A DNA stretch of 64,000 nucleotides. Origin: an uncultured Candidatus Binatia bacterium. GTDB taxonomy: Bacteria > Desulfobacterota > Binatia > HRBIN30. The position numbers and the translations under genes are program-made. Below, one piece after another: positions 19,714-29,291 of the stretch. Below the pieces are notes generated by a model. The model was not told the origin of the DNA and searched no databases. It saw nothing but the letters and a program-made list of their open reading frames with translations. Numbering within the stretch: the stretch's first letter is position 1; each line of letters begins with the position of its first letter. Where the stretch lies: contig CAYJOD010000007.1 in assembly GCA_964371655.1 (NCBI GenBank), positions 81,145-145,144 on the forward strand, read 5' to 3'.

Positions 19714-20108
19714 CCTCTCCTCGGTCTCCTCGCGGATTGCGTTGTTCCTACCGCATCGCGGAGGAGTACTTTCGTGCCGCGGATGTCACGCCCAGCACAG
19801 GTCCTGCACAAGCGTTGCTGTGCGCCAGAGTAAGAGAGACCCTTCAAGCCTCGCCCACACGTCGTACATGGAAGCGCCCTTGAGGCACGATGATCGATCC
19901 TCCAGACCTGACCGTTCACCTCGAGCGACGCACCACCAGGGGCTCCCGCGCAGTGGGCGGCGTGCTCGAACAGTACCTCCCACTCATACGGCGTTTCTAC
20001 GCAAACGAAGAATGCGCCACCTCCGGACACCACCCGAGCCGCGGCACCCGCCCGTATCGCGTACGGAACGCGCTCGCTTCCGGTTCGTTGGGAGACAAGA
20101 TATTCCAC
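19710..20108 (-). CDS. Hypothetical protein with CxxC...CxxC
   Basis: First ORF of the minus-strand trio. CTTCGRGL...CRTCAGRD. Start position uncertain. Confidence 0.3.
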   Translation of the reverse strand: MEYLVSQRTGSERVPYAIRAGAAARVVSGGGAFFVCVETPYEWEVLFEHAAHCAGAPGGASLEVNGQVWRIDHRASRALPCTTCGRGLKGLSYSGAQQRLCRTCAGRDIRGTKVLLRDAVGTTQSARRPRRG

Positions 20109-20727
20109 GCGATCTCTCTACTCTGGCGGCGATGCGCCCAACAATTCGGAGAGCGCTGTATTTCGCAAAGGGAGAGTCCTGTAGGCGTATGCTGGATTGC
20201 TTCCAGGTTCGTTCGACGGTTGGAACAGTGGACACGAACCTAGCCTGCCCACGCTGCGTCGCTCTTGCCGAAGCTGTCATGCCGAAGCCCGCGGCTGCTC
20301 ATGACGGATGCGGTCATCCGCAAATCCTCGTTTAGGGATGGTTCCCTTCCGTGTCGCGCCATCGACGATCGGAAGGCCCTGCGCCGAATGGGCTGACAAG
20401 GGCAACAGCACGGAAGGAGAGAGTGAGGAACGAATCTCCACGCCCGACCGCATCGCTGCGGATATCGACCAGAGCCGCGACCGTGAGGGAGCAGTGATTC
20501 ATGGGTGTCCTCCAGTCGACTGTTGACTGTCGCCCCCACGACGATCTTGGCCCTGTCCCGAACCCTCCCCGTTGCTGGAATCGGCAATCAGGGAGGCGAG
20601 CTGATCAGCGAGCCAACATGGTTTCGCTAGGGTAGATTTCCGACCGCCCTACAGATTCCGCCGTATTGCTCGCGATGGCCCTGCTCCCGTACGGTGGCGG
20701 CCGATTGTCTGCTCGAGGGCCAACACC

Positions 20728-23262
20728 ATGATGGCGGGGACCGACGCCGCTGGGATTGCGACGACTCCCCACCTGCCGCCGCTCGAAGCTCCGTTGCCGG
20801 AGACGTCGACGTCGTGGTCTCTCGAAGTTTCCTCGTCCGACCTGGGGAGATGCGCCGTACTGGCAGCCGTCTACGCGATCACGGCGCTCGGCGGTTTGTG
20901 GTTGCACGCCATCAATGATGTCGCCGCGGTGGTGTGGCCGCCGAGCGGTATCGCCCTCGCCGCCCTGCTTCTCTTTGGTTGCCGCCTGTGGCCGGGCATC
21001 GCGTGTGGTGCCCTAATCGCCTGCTTGAACACTGGCGTTCCTACCCTGGCGGCTGCGGCCATTGCCGCCGGCAATACCTCCGAAGCTCTGCTGGCGGTGT
21101 ACCTGTTGCGCCGATGCGGGTTTCGCCAGGGGCTCGATCGCCTACACGACGTGTTCAACCTAGTCGTTGTGGCGGCGCTGTTCAGCACACTGGTGGCCGC
21201 GAGCATTGGCGTCATCTGCGCCTGGCTGAGCGGCCACACGCCGTCGGCCGATTTTGCGGTCGCCTGGCTGTCGTGGTGGCTGGGGGATGCCGTCGGTGTC
21301 GTCGTTGTAACTCCGTTACTGCTCACATGGAGCGTGCCGCCACCTCTGCGGAAACATGCCACGTGGTACGCCGAGCTCGGAGCTGTGCTCGGCCTGCAGC
21401 TCCTGTTTGGCGGGTTCGTCCTCGCCCGTGTCCACGGTCCGATCCTGTGGACCTTCTTCCCCTTCGTCATTTGGACCGCCCTGCGTTGCGGGCAGCACGG
21501 AACAACGGCGGCAGTTCTCGTGGCGTCGGGGATCAGCCTGTGGATCGCCGCAACCCATTCGGGGCCATTCGCTGGAATCGAAATGCACCAGGGCCTGACG
21601 TCCTTGCAGCTCTTCCTGGGTGTCCTCAGCTTCACCGGCATCGCGCTGGCCGCCGGCGACAGCGAGCGCCAACGCGCCGAGACTCGCGCACGCGAAGGCG
21701 AACAGCGCTTTCACGCCCTCATCGATCACAGTCAGGACGCGATCATTCTCATCGACGCGCGCGGGATCATCGTGTACGCCAGCCCGTCGAGCGTGCATGC
21801 CCATGGGGAAGGTGTGGAGGCAAATCGCTCGGTCATCGACGTGGTCCACCCCGAGGAGCGCGACAAGCTCGCCGCGATGCTGGCGGATTTTAGACAGAAG
21901 CCGGGACATGTGATGACGGCTGAATTTCGCCTGAGGCATCGCGATGGCTCGTGGCACTGGGCGGAGGGTACCGGGACCAACCTTCTCGCCGACCCACGGG
22001 TGCGTGCCATCGTGGTCAACTACCGCGACGTGACGGCGCGTAAGAAAGGGGTCGCAGCGCTCGGCCAAGCCCGCGGCGAGCTCGACTTGCGGGTCCAGGA
22101 GCGCAATGCGCTTTTTGAAGGGGCACCGACGGGGATCGTCATCGCCGACGTCGACGGGCGCATCGTCTCGGCCAATGCTCAGATCGAAACCATGTTCGGC
22201 TACGAGCGCCAAGCCCTCATCGGACAACCGGTAGAGATGCTGCTGCCGGGTCGCTTCCGTGCTGCCCATGTCGGCTATCGCCGCGGCTACGCTGCCGATC
22301 CGGTGCGGCGCGCCATGGGCCGTGGCAGCGATCTTACCGCTGTCCGACGCGACGGGACGGAGTTTGCCGTGGAGGTTGGTCTCAGTCCCATCCGCACTAA
22401 GGCTGGCGTGTTGATTGCCGCGCACCTCAACGACGTCACGGCCCGGCACGAGGCCGTCGCTGCCTTGCGCGCCGCCCACGACGAGCTCGAACGCCGCGTC
22501 GAGGAGCGCACGTCGCAACTGCACCAAGCCAACGAGGCTCTGCAAAGACTCTCCAGTCGCTTGTTGACGTTACAAGACGAGGAGCGCCGACGCATCGGCC
22601 GCGAGCTGCACGAGAGCACGGCGCAGACTCTCGCCTGCATTGGGATGAATCTGGGTATCGTGCACGGCGCTGCAGAGCAGCTGCTACCTTCAGCGAGTCG
22701 GGCCCTGGCGGAGAGCACCAGGCTCGTCGACCAATGCGTCCGTGAGATCCGTACCCTGTCCTACGTCATGCATCCCCCGTTGCTCGACGACATCGGCCTG
22801 GTGCCGGCGCTGCGCTGGTACGCCGAAGGCTTCGCCAGCCACAGCGGCGTCGCGGTCGACGTGGAGGCGCCACCGGCGCTGGGTCGCTTGACACAGGAGC
22901 TCGAGACGGCATTGTTTCGTATCGTGCAAGAATTCCTGGTCAACGTGCATCGGCACAACGGATCGGAGAGCGTCTGCATTCAGGTCGCGCGTCTGGCGGA
23001 CGCCGTGACCCTCAGCATCGAAGACCGGCGAGCGAGAGCGGCGGCGGTAATGGGACCTGCCCCAGAGCTCACCGAGGGGCTCACCGAAGCGGAGCTGCAG
23101 GCTGGAGTGGGAATCATGAGCATGCGCGAGCGGGTGCGTTTGCTTGGCGGCGAGTTCGAGATCAGCTCCAGCGACACGGGAACGGTTGTGTGTACACGCC
23201 TGCCGTTGACTGGGTCGTCCGCCACGCCGCGCGGCTCCAGCCCGGGGTCGGTCGCCGCATGA
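20728..23262 (+). CDS. Sensor histidine kinase: MASE1 membrane domain, two PAS domains, HisKA_3 and HATPase (NarL-partner type)
   Basis: Eight N-terminal TM helices, PAS signatures, H-box LHESTAQTLACIG, G-boxes in C-terminus. Confidence 0.85.
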   Translation: MMAGTDAAGIATTPHLPPLEAPLPETSTSWSLEVSSSDLGRCAVLAAVYAITALGGLWLHAINDVAAVVWPPSGIALAALLLFGCRLWPGIACGALIACLNTGVPTLAAAAIAAGNTSEALLAVYLLRRCGFRQGLDRLHDVFNLVVVAALFSTLVAASIGVICAWLSGHTPSADFAVAWLSWWLGDAVGVVVVTPLLLTWSVPPPLRKHATWYAELGAVLGLQLLFGGFVLARVHGPILWTFFPFVIWTALRCGQHGTTAAVLVASGISLWIAATHSGPFAGIEMHQGLTSLQLFLGVLSFTGIALAAGDSERQRAETRAREGEQRFHALIDHSQDAIILIDARGIIVYASPSSVHAHGEGVEANRSVIDVVHPEERDKLAAMLADFRQKPGHVMTAEFRLRHRDGSWHWAEGTGTNLLADPRVRAIVVNYRDVTARKKGVAALGQARGELDLRVQERNALFEGAPTGIVIADVDGRIVSANAQIETMFGYERQALIGQPVEMLLPGRFRAAHVGYRRGYAADPVRRAMGRGSDLTAVRRDGTEFAVEVGLSPIRTKAGVLIAAHLNDVTARHEAVAALRAAHDELERRVEERTSQLHQANEALQRLSSRLLTLQDEERRRIGRELHESTAQTLACIGMNLGIVHGAAEQLLPSASRALAESTRLVDQCVREIRTLSYVMHPPLLDDIGLVPALRWYAEGFASHSGVAVDVEAPPALGRLTQELETALFRIVQEFLVNVHRHNGSESVCIQVARLADAVTLSIEDRRARAAAVMGPAPELTEGLTEAELQAGVGIMSMRERVRLLGGEFEISSSDTGTVVCTRLPLTGSSATPRGSSPGSVAA

Positions 23263-23912
23263 CACGGGCGCGGGTATTGATCGCCGATGATCATGAGGTC
23301 GTACGGCGCGGGATTCGATCTCTCCTCGAAAACCAACCCAGCTGGGAGGTCTGCGGCGAAGCCGTCACCGGGCGGGAAGCGGTCGAGAAAACGATACAGC
23401 TGACACCGGATGTCGTCGTTCTGGATGTCGGCATGCCGGAGCTCAACGGCCTCGAAGCCGCCCGGCAGATCCTGAAAGTGCTCCCGCACACGGAGATCCT
23501 GATTCTCACGATGCATGATTCGACACAGCTCATTCACGAGGTGCTCGCCGCCGGGGCACGCGGCTACGTGCTCAAGTCCGATGCCGGGCGCGATTTAGTC
23601 GCCGCGGTCGATGCCCTGTGCCGGCACAAGCCATTCTTTGCACCCAGCATTTCCGGGGTCGTGCTGGACGGGTTCCGGAAGAACGCGAACGGGGCGAGCG
23701 CGCCCACCAGCGCCGATCCGCTGACAGCGCGCGAGCGTGAGATCCTGCAGCTCTTGGCCGAAGGCAAGAGCAACAAGGACGTCGCCACGATTCTGGGGAT
23801 CAGCGTCAAGACCGCCGAGACGCATCGCACCAACGTCATGCGCAAGCTCGAGCTGCACTCGGTGAGCGAGCTCGTGCGCTACGCGATCCGCAACAGCATC
23901 ATCGAGGCCTGA
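23259..23912 (+). CDS. NarL/FixJ-family response regulator (REC + LuxR HTH)
   Basis: VLIADDHEVVRRGIR...DVGMPELNG... and LTAREREILQLLAEGKSNKDVA HTH. ATGA overlap with the kinase stop. Confidence 0.9.
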   Translation: MTRARVLIADDHEVVRRGIRSLLENQPSWEVCGEAVTGREAVEKTIQLTPDVVVLDVGMPELNGLEAARQILKVLPHTEILILTMHDSTQLIHEVLAAGARGYVLKSDAGRDLVAAVDALCRHKPFFAPSISGVVLDGFRKNANGASAPTSADPLTAREREILQLLAEGKSNKDVATILGISVKTAETHRTNVMRKLELHSVSELVRYAIRNSIIEA

Positions 23913-24001
23913 CCCGGTTCACCGGGTCAGGCCGGCTTTGCCCGCCAATTGAGATGGAGCACCCTTCGATACGCCGCCAAGAGAAGGCGGCTACACCGCG
24001 C

Positions 24002-24304
24002 GAGAGGGGAGTGTCGATTTTCTCCGCAACAGCCCGCCGCTCGGAGAATGGAAAACAGGAAACCGGAAACCGAAAATGGAAAACCGGCCTTTCTGCGTGA
24101 GTATTGCCCAGTTTCCGGTGCCCGGTTTTCCATTTCCTGTTTTCCATTCGGCTTTATCGACAGTCTCAGAGGGCGGGGGTGAGGGATCTACTTTCCCACG
24201 CGGAGCTCCGCCACACGTCCGCCGCAGGGCTCCGGAGTGCGGGCCCATCCCCGCCGCCTCGGTTCCTCACCCTAACCCGCAAGTAATGCGGGCGAGGGAG
24301 CTGG
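24002..24304 (-). repeat. F1 element (24002-24185, inverted orientation) fused to F2 element (24176-24304)
   Basis: gagaggggagtgtcgattttctcc...ggagaatggaaaacagg...ccattcggctttatcgacagtctcagagggcgggggtgagggatc...cctcaccctaacccgcaagtaatgcgggcgagggagctgg. Confidence 0.8.
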
Positions 24305-24361
24305 CTTTGCAAACCTCAACCGCAGCGGTTTGCGTCGCGACGTCCACGCACCGCAGCGCAG

Positions 24362-25981
24362 CTACAAATCGTTCTTGTCGAGGAGGTCGATCACCAGCTT
24401 GGTGCTGTTGTTGGTCGTGTCTGGATCGGGGTCGGTTGGTCCGGTGGCGGTGATTGTCGCCGTGCACCGTTGCGGCGACTTGGCGTTTCCGGTCGTGACC
24501 GCCGCGGCATCGAAGGTCAGCGATAGCTGCCCCTTCGCGGTCTTGCCGCCGTCGACGAGTATGCTCGATTGGTTGCCGTCCACGTCGCGATCCATGTCGA
24601 GCGTAACCGTCGGCGGCCCGGGACAAGCGCTCACATCCACCGTGACATTGATCGCGTCGCCGCTGTCCGGCGCCGGCAAGATGTCGGCGTTGCCGACGAT
24701 CGCCTTGGTCTTCTTGGTCGCCGTCGCGTTCCCCGCAGCGATCTTCACCTTCAAGGGCTTCGGACTGACGGTGAACGACTCGTGCGGGGGCGAGGCGCTC
24801 TCTGCATCGTTGGCGTCGAAGACATTGAGCTCGGCGGTCATCGCGTTGTTGCTGCCGGTCGGATCGAGGTTGCTCACGACCGGGACGTTGCCGCCACCGC
24901 CCGGCGGGTTGGTAGCCGTTGTCGTCGATGTGAACGTCAACGTACACCGTTTCCGGGCCTTCGAATTGAATGTGGTGAACGCACCATCGGTTACGGTGAC
25001 CGCCACCGAAGCGGCGGCCTTGCGACCCGCATCCACCACGGCTTCGTCGCCGAGACCGCTGAAGTCCGGTGTACCGACGGTGACGCCAGCCGGACAGTCG
25101 CTCGACGCCATCAGCTTGATGGTGTCATTACCGCCCTCGACGACGTCGGCGTTGACCACCTTCACTTTCACGGTTTTCGTCACTGTCATCGGCGCGGGCG
25201 CAGGAATTTTCACCTTGATCGGCTTCACCGGCAGGACAACCGAGTCGTGTGTCGGGCAGACACAGTCCGCCTGGCATCCCCCGGGACACGCGGTTGCGTC
25301 GACACCGTCGCACTGCTCGGCGAACTCCTTGATGCCGTTGCCGCACACCGGGCAAGCGGAGGCGTCGGTATACGCGCCCGCGACACCGGCGTTGTTGGTG
25401 GGCGCGGCCGTGTCGGCGCAGTCGAAGTCGGCACGGCTGTCGTTGGTATCGTCGCCTTCCTGCAAGGTGGCAGGGTTGCCATGACTGATGTCGCGCCGGA
25501 CGGCGTGGCCGGATTGTACCCCGTCGGGATATCCGAACGGGGTGCCACTCGGCGACGGCGAACTACTGCTACCGCTGAAATTACCCCACGACACGCAGTC
25601 GAGGTTCTCGTAACACACCTTGCCGCCGGACGCGGTGATCACCGGCGCGATGACCAGGTCTGCGGTGACCGAGAAGAACGTCTCGGCCTCGGCCGTGGCG
25701 AGCAGGATGTAGGCTTGGTTGGCGCCGTTGGCGACGTCAGCCGCAAACGTAAAGGAGCCGGCGACTGTGCCGGAAGCGTCATACAAGGTAACCGTTTTTC
25801 CAGCCACGAAGTTCTGTCCCGCGGAGTACATCTGCAGCATGACGTACTGAGCGTTCGGATCTCCTGCCTTGCCCGCGAAGATCTCGCGGATCTTGATCAG
25901 GTGGAAGGTTGCGGATGACACGGACGGAATCGCCAGGGCCAACATCCCCGCGACAACGGCTACGAGAGCTCGGTGCGCCAT
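24362..25981 (-). CDS. Secreted protein: lamin-tail-like domain + Myxococcus cysteine-rich repeat (CxxCGNG...EQCD) + Ig/DUF11-like repeats
   Basis: AGGAAGGGG RBS, signal peptide MAHRALVAVVAGMLALAIPSVSSA. Then FHLIKIREI...GQNFVAGKTVTLYD (LTD-like) and CPVCGNGIKEFAEQCDGVDATACPGGCQADCVCP. Confidence 0.7.
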   Translation of the reverse strand: MAHRALVAVVAGMLALAIPSVSSATFHLIKIREIFAGKAGDPNAQYVMLQMYSAGQNFVAGKTVTLYDASGTVAGSFTFAADVANGANQAYILLATAEAETFFSVTADLVIAPVITASGGKVCYENLDCVSWGNFSGSSSSPSPSGTPFGYPDGVQSGHAVRRDISHGNPATLQEGDDTNDSRADFDCADTAAPTNNAGVAGAYTDASACPVCGNGIKEFAEQCDGVDATACPGGCQADCVCPTHDSVVLPVKPIKVKIPAPAPMTVTKTVKVKVVNADVVEGGNDTIKLMASSDCPAGVTVGTPDFSGLGDEAVVDAGRKAAASVAVTVTDGAFTTFNSKARKRCTLTFTSTTTATNPPGGGGNVPVVSNLDPTGSNNAMTAELNVFDANDAESASPPHESFTVSPKPLKVKIAAGNATATKKTKAIVGNADILPAPDSGDAINVTVDVSACPGPPTVTLDMDRDVDGNQSSILVDGGKTAKGQLSLTFDAAAVTTGNAKSPQRCTATITATGPTDPDPDTTNNSTKLVIDLLDKNDL

Positions 25982-26249
25982 GAATTTCCCCTTCCTCGCT
26001 TGCTTTGGCTGCATCCTATCACGGTCACCTGCGATCGGAACCTTCATTTCATGCAACCGTCTAGCCGTATGAACTTGAAGGCTGCATGCACCCGAGGAGC
26101 AGCCCCTCGATACGCCGCCAAGAAAGGGCGGCTACTCGGGGCGAGCGGTTTGGTTTGTATGCCCAGCAGCTCTTGTCCGTTCGTCCCGAGAAGACCCCTC
26201 CTGAGCCACTAGCGAATCGTTCTTACCAACATGTTGAGAGAACGCGACA

Positions 26250-26395
26250 GCGTGGATGCATGGCCTGCCGTGCATCTACGGAAACACTCACCCGCTGACC
26301 GCTTGCTTACGCGCGCGGCTCTGCCATGGCGAAAACCTGCGGACCTCGACCTGAGCCGCGACCGTCAGGGAGCGGTGATTCGTGGGATCTCCCAC
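26250..26395 (-). repeat. F3 element copy (inverted orientation)
   Basis: The reverse complement aligns along its full length with 2188-2321 and 13500-13632. Confidence 0.8.
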
Positions 26396-26450
26396 ACCTG
26401 TATTACGAAATCTTGTCGGCGTGCGAGGATTGTCGAGTCGTGGCGCAAAG

Positions 26451-26627
26451 CCAGCTCCCCTAGCCCGCAATACTTGCGGCAGAGGGTTAGGGTGAGGGAA
26501 CCGAGGCGACGGGGATGGGCCCGCACTCCGGAGCCCTGCGGCGGACGTGTGGTGGAGCTCCGCGTCGGGAAAGCGGATCCCTCACCCCCGCCCTCTCCCG
26601 CAGTGATGCGGGAGAGGGGGTGCTTCC
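26451..26627 (-). repeat. F2 element copy with terminal tctcccgca(a/g)t(a/g)(c/a)t(t/g)gcgg(c/g)agaggg hairpins
   Basis: Shares ccgcagggctccggagtgcgggcccatcc and ccctcaccctaaccc segments with 24176-24304, 57780-57882 and 60378-60569. Confidence 0.75.
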
Positions 26628-26836
26628 AAACACCGGCGTGCGTTGCAGGCGTCAGCTCGCGCTAGGTAGGCGCCTTCTCGGGCGCCGTATCGAAGGGCTC
26701 CCAGGGGCCGTATCGAGGGGCCGCTGTCGCCCGGTTTCTTCCCGACAGAGGGCGCCCCCGGCGCTGACGGAGGACTCTATTGCTCCTTCCTTACAAGACA
26801 GATAAAGTAAGCTATCTAAGACTAGGGAGGAGAGCG

Positions 26837-27100
26837 ATGGATTCAGCGTATGTAACGACGAAGGGGCAACTTGTGGTGCCGGCGCGGCTGCGCCGCAAGT
26901 ACGGCATCACGGCGGGGACGCGAGTCCGCTTCCTGGAGCGTGATCGCGAGATCATCCTGCAACCTCTCACCCGCCAGTACATCCGCAGCGTCTGTGGCTT
27001 GCTCGCGGACGCGGGTCCAGCCACGCCGGAGTTATTGAAAGAGCGCACGCGGGAGCGACAACGAGAGGAGGCGCGAGGTGGCAAGTCCCGTCCTCGATAG
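26837..27100 (+). CDS. AbrB/MazE/SpoVT-type antitoxin
   Basis: GGGAGGAG RBS. MDSAYVTTKGQLVVPARLRRKYGI swapped-hairpin motif. Confidence 0.7.
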   Translation: MDSAYVTTKGQLVVPARLRRKYGITAGTRVRFLERDREIILQPLTRQYIRSVCGLLADAGPATPELLKERTRERQREEARGGKSRPR

Positions 27101-27476
27101 CTTTGCGTTGCTCGTGTTCCTGTTCAAAGAGAAGGGGCACGCCAAGCTGGTCGACGTATTCGACCAGGCCGCGGAAGATGACGAGTCTGTCTCGATCGCG
27201 GCACCGAACTGGGCTGAGGTGCGTTACATCGTGCAGCGCAAGGTGGGATTGGAGCGCTGGGGTGAGGTCCGCTCCACGATCCTGGCGCTTCCTCTGGAGG
27301 TAGTCGCCGTAGACCAAGCGCTGGCCGAAGCGGCCGGCGCCCTGAAGGCGACGAAGAAGATGTCGCTCGCCGATTGCTTCGCCGCCGCGCTGGCGCAGCA
27401 CAAGCAGGTCGCGGTGTACACCGGCGATCCGGAGTTCAAAGCGGTGGAGGACGAAGTTGAGGTCGTCTGGCTGTGA
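27078..27476 (+). CDS. PIN-domain (VapC-like) toxin
   Basis: GTG start overlaps the antitoxin 3' end. VLDSFALLVFL...D...AAALAQHKQVAVYTGDPEF has a PIN-like acidic residue pattern. Confidence 0.7.
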   Translation: MASPVLDSFALLVFLFKEKGHAKLVDVFDQAAEDDESVSIAAPNWAEVRYIVQRKVGLERWGEVRSTILALPLEVVAVDQALAEAAGALKATKKMSLADCFAAALAQHKQVAVYTGDPEFKAVEDEVEVVWL

Positions 27477-27569
27477 GGAGAAAGCCGCCGCCGTGCGTGC
27501 GTCGCCGCGATTGCAGCTTGAACAACGGTAGCGGCCGCTTTACCGTTGTTCTCGGTACGCAGTTACTCC

Positions 27570-28316
27570 ATGACCCGCCCCGTACGCTCTTGGGTGTTCG
27601 CGCTGGCCGTGTGCATCGCACACGCGAACGCCGCTCCCGGGCTCAGTGATGTCTACCGGTATCAAGTCTCGTGGAATGGCATTCCGGCCGCACTGGCGAC
27701 CATCGCGTTGACCAACGACCCGCTGCCTGAGGCGGCAATCACCCATGTGGCGGCGGAGATCCGCACCAACCGCTTCGTGGATTTGTTCTGGAGCTTACGC
27801 GCCAGTGCCAGCGCCGACGTGGATGCGGTCACGCTACGCTCGCAACGCTTCGTGTTCGAGCGCCGTGTCCGCGGCCAACCGGAGCGGACCGACATCGAGA
27901 CCGAGCCCGACGGCACTCTCACCGGCCGCTACGCCCGCCCCGGTCGCTACCGGCTCATCGAGGTGAGCGATCCGAAGGCGTTGGATCCGATCGCCGCCAT
28001 CCTCCAAGCCCGGCGCGATCTGCCGGACGACGGGCGGCCCATCGCCTACGACATCTTCACCGGCGAGGGCCGCTTCCGGATCGCCTTGCGCCGCACCGGC
28101 TCCGAGGAGATCCGTGTGGGTGCCGGTCGCTTCGCAGCCGTACGCATCGAGCCGACGATCTGGAAAATCGAGAGTGGAACCAACAAACCCGACGACCGCG
28201 TCCGCCACCTCACCCTGTGGGTTACCGAAGCCAGCCCGCATATCCCTCTGAGAGTTCGGAGCGAGGTGTTCATCGGTGCGGTGTACTGCGACCTCGTCGA
28301 CATCGCACGGAAGTGA
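27570..28316 (+). CDS. DUF3108-like secreted protein
   Basis: Signal peptide, then YRYQVSWNGIPAA..., typical of DUF3108 start. Confidence 0.5.
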   Translation: MTRPVRSWVFALAVCIAHANAAPGLSDVYRYQVSWNGIPAALATIALTNDPLPEAAITHVAAEIRTNRFVDLFWSLRASASADVDAVTLRSQRFVFERRVRGQPERTDIETEPDGTLTGRYARPGRYRLIEVSDPKALDPIAAILQARRDLPDDGRPIAYDIFTGEGRFRIALRRTGSEEIRVGAGRFAAVRIEPTIWKIESGTNKPDDRVRHLTLWVTEASPHIPLRVRSEVFIGAVYCDLVDIARK

Positions 28317-28333
28317 GCGCGTCTAGCTCTCAT

Positions 28334-28636
28334 TTCTCACCAATTTCACCACAGAGACACAGAGGACCTATCGCGGGCTTTGCCCGCAACCCAACCTGAA
28401 GATCTGTACTACTTTTGACGTTCAGAATCTTGCTGTTGTCCGATACCGCTTGCCCGGAATCTTCTCGCGGCAGCAAGATTCTGAACGTCAGTAGTACAGA
28501 GAAAACCATGATCTAAAGATGGATGGGAACTCATCTTCCCCAAGACACCTGCAAGATCATGAAGACTTGGACTCCAAGAGCGTTCCTTGGACCAGTCAGT
28601 GTTCCTGACTTCCTCTGTGCCTCTGTGGTGAGAAAT
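28334..28636 (+). repeat. F4 element with 31-bp outer TIR (tttctcaccaatttcaccacagagacacagagg / cctctgtgcctctgtggtgagaaat) and nested perfect 30-bp inner IR (28405-28435 / 28470-28499)
   Basis: Between convergent genes (27570-28316 + and 28671-29291 -). Confidence 0.8.
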
Positions 28637-28670
28637 CCGGACTAGGCGGATGAGCGCGTCGCCCCCAGAG

Positions 28671-29291
28671 TCACTCACCGAGCCGTACGCCGATCTGCAG
28701 CAGCACGCCGATCGAGGGACCGGCGCGGAACGCGAGGGGGAAGGCGAGGCCATATTGCACCGCCCCTTTCGGATCACTCCAGCGCATGCTCCCGGTGAAG
28801 GCGAAACCCAGGTCGCGGTCCTCGAGCCCTTCAAGCTCGAAGGTGTACTGCTGCCACGGCACGGTAAACCCAAGCGCCGGTGCGTTACGGCGCAAACGCA
28901 GCCCCGCCGAGAGCTCCGGCTTGCCGACGCGCGCGCGTAGCCGCAAGGTCGGCCAACTGTCGGTCAGCACACCCGAGGTCAGCTGATACCGGCGCCGACC
29001 TTCGGGATCGCGCTCTTCGAGGAGGGAAAGACCAGCATCATTCAACCAACTCTCGGCCTGGGCGCGCGCATTCTTCAGCTCCATTCGTACCCAGTGCTGC
29101 GGGCGCTCAAGCGGGCGGCCGATTTCCAGCAAGCGAACGGACGGGGCATCGGCCTCTTCGAGAAGACGAATTTCGCGCGAGCTTAGTGGCCTATGGCGGG
29201 AAGGACCCTCGGCAAGACTCCGATCGACGCCGAACCCGTACAAGATGCCGGCTACAACAAAGACTCGAAGCGGCGCGCCATGGGCAACCAT
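28671..29291 (-). CDS. Hypothetical secreted protein
   Basis: 206-aa ORF with hydrophobic N-terminus and codon usage consistent with the genome. Confidence 0.4.
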   Translation of the reverse strand: MVAHGAPLRVFVVAGILYGFGVDRSLAEGPSRHRPLSSREIRLLEEADAPSVRLLEIGRPLERPQHWVRMELKNARAQAESWLNDAGLSLLEERDPEGRRRYQLTSGVLTDSWPTLRLRARVGKPELSAGLRLRRNAPALGFTVPWQQYTFELEGLEDRDLGFAFTGSMRWSDPKGAVQYGLAFPLAFRAGPSIGVLLQIGVRLGE

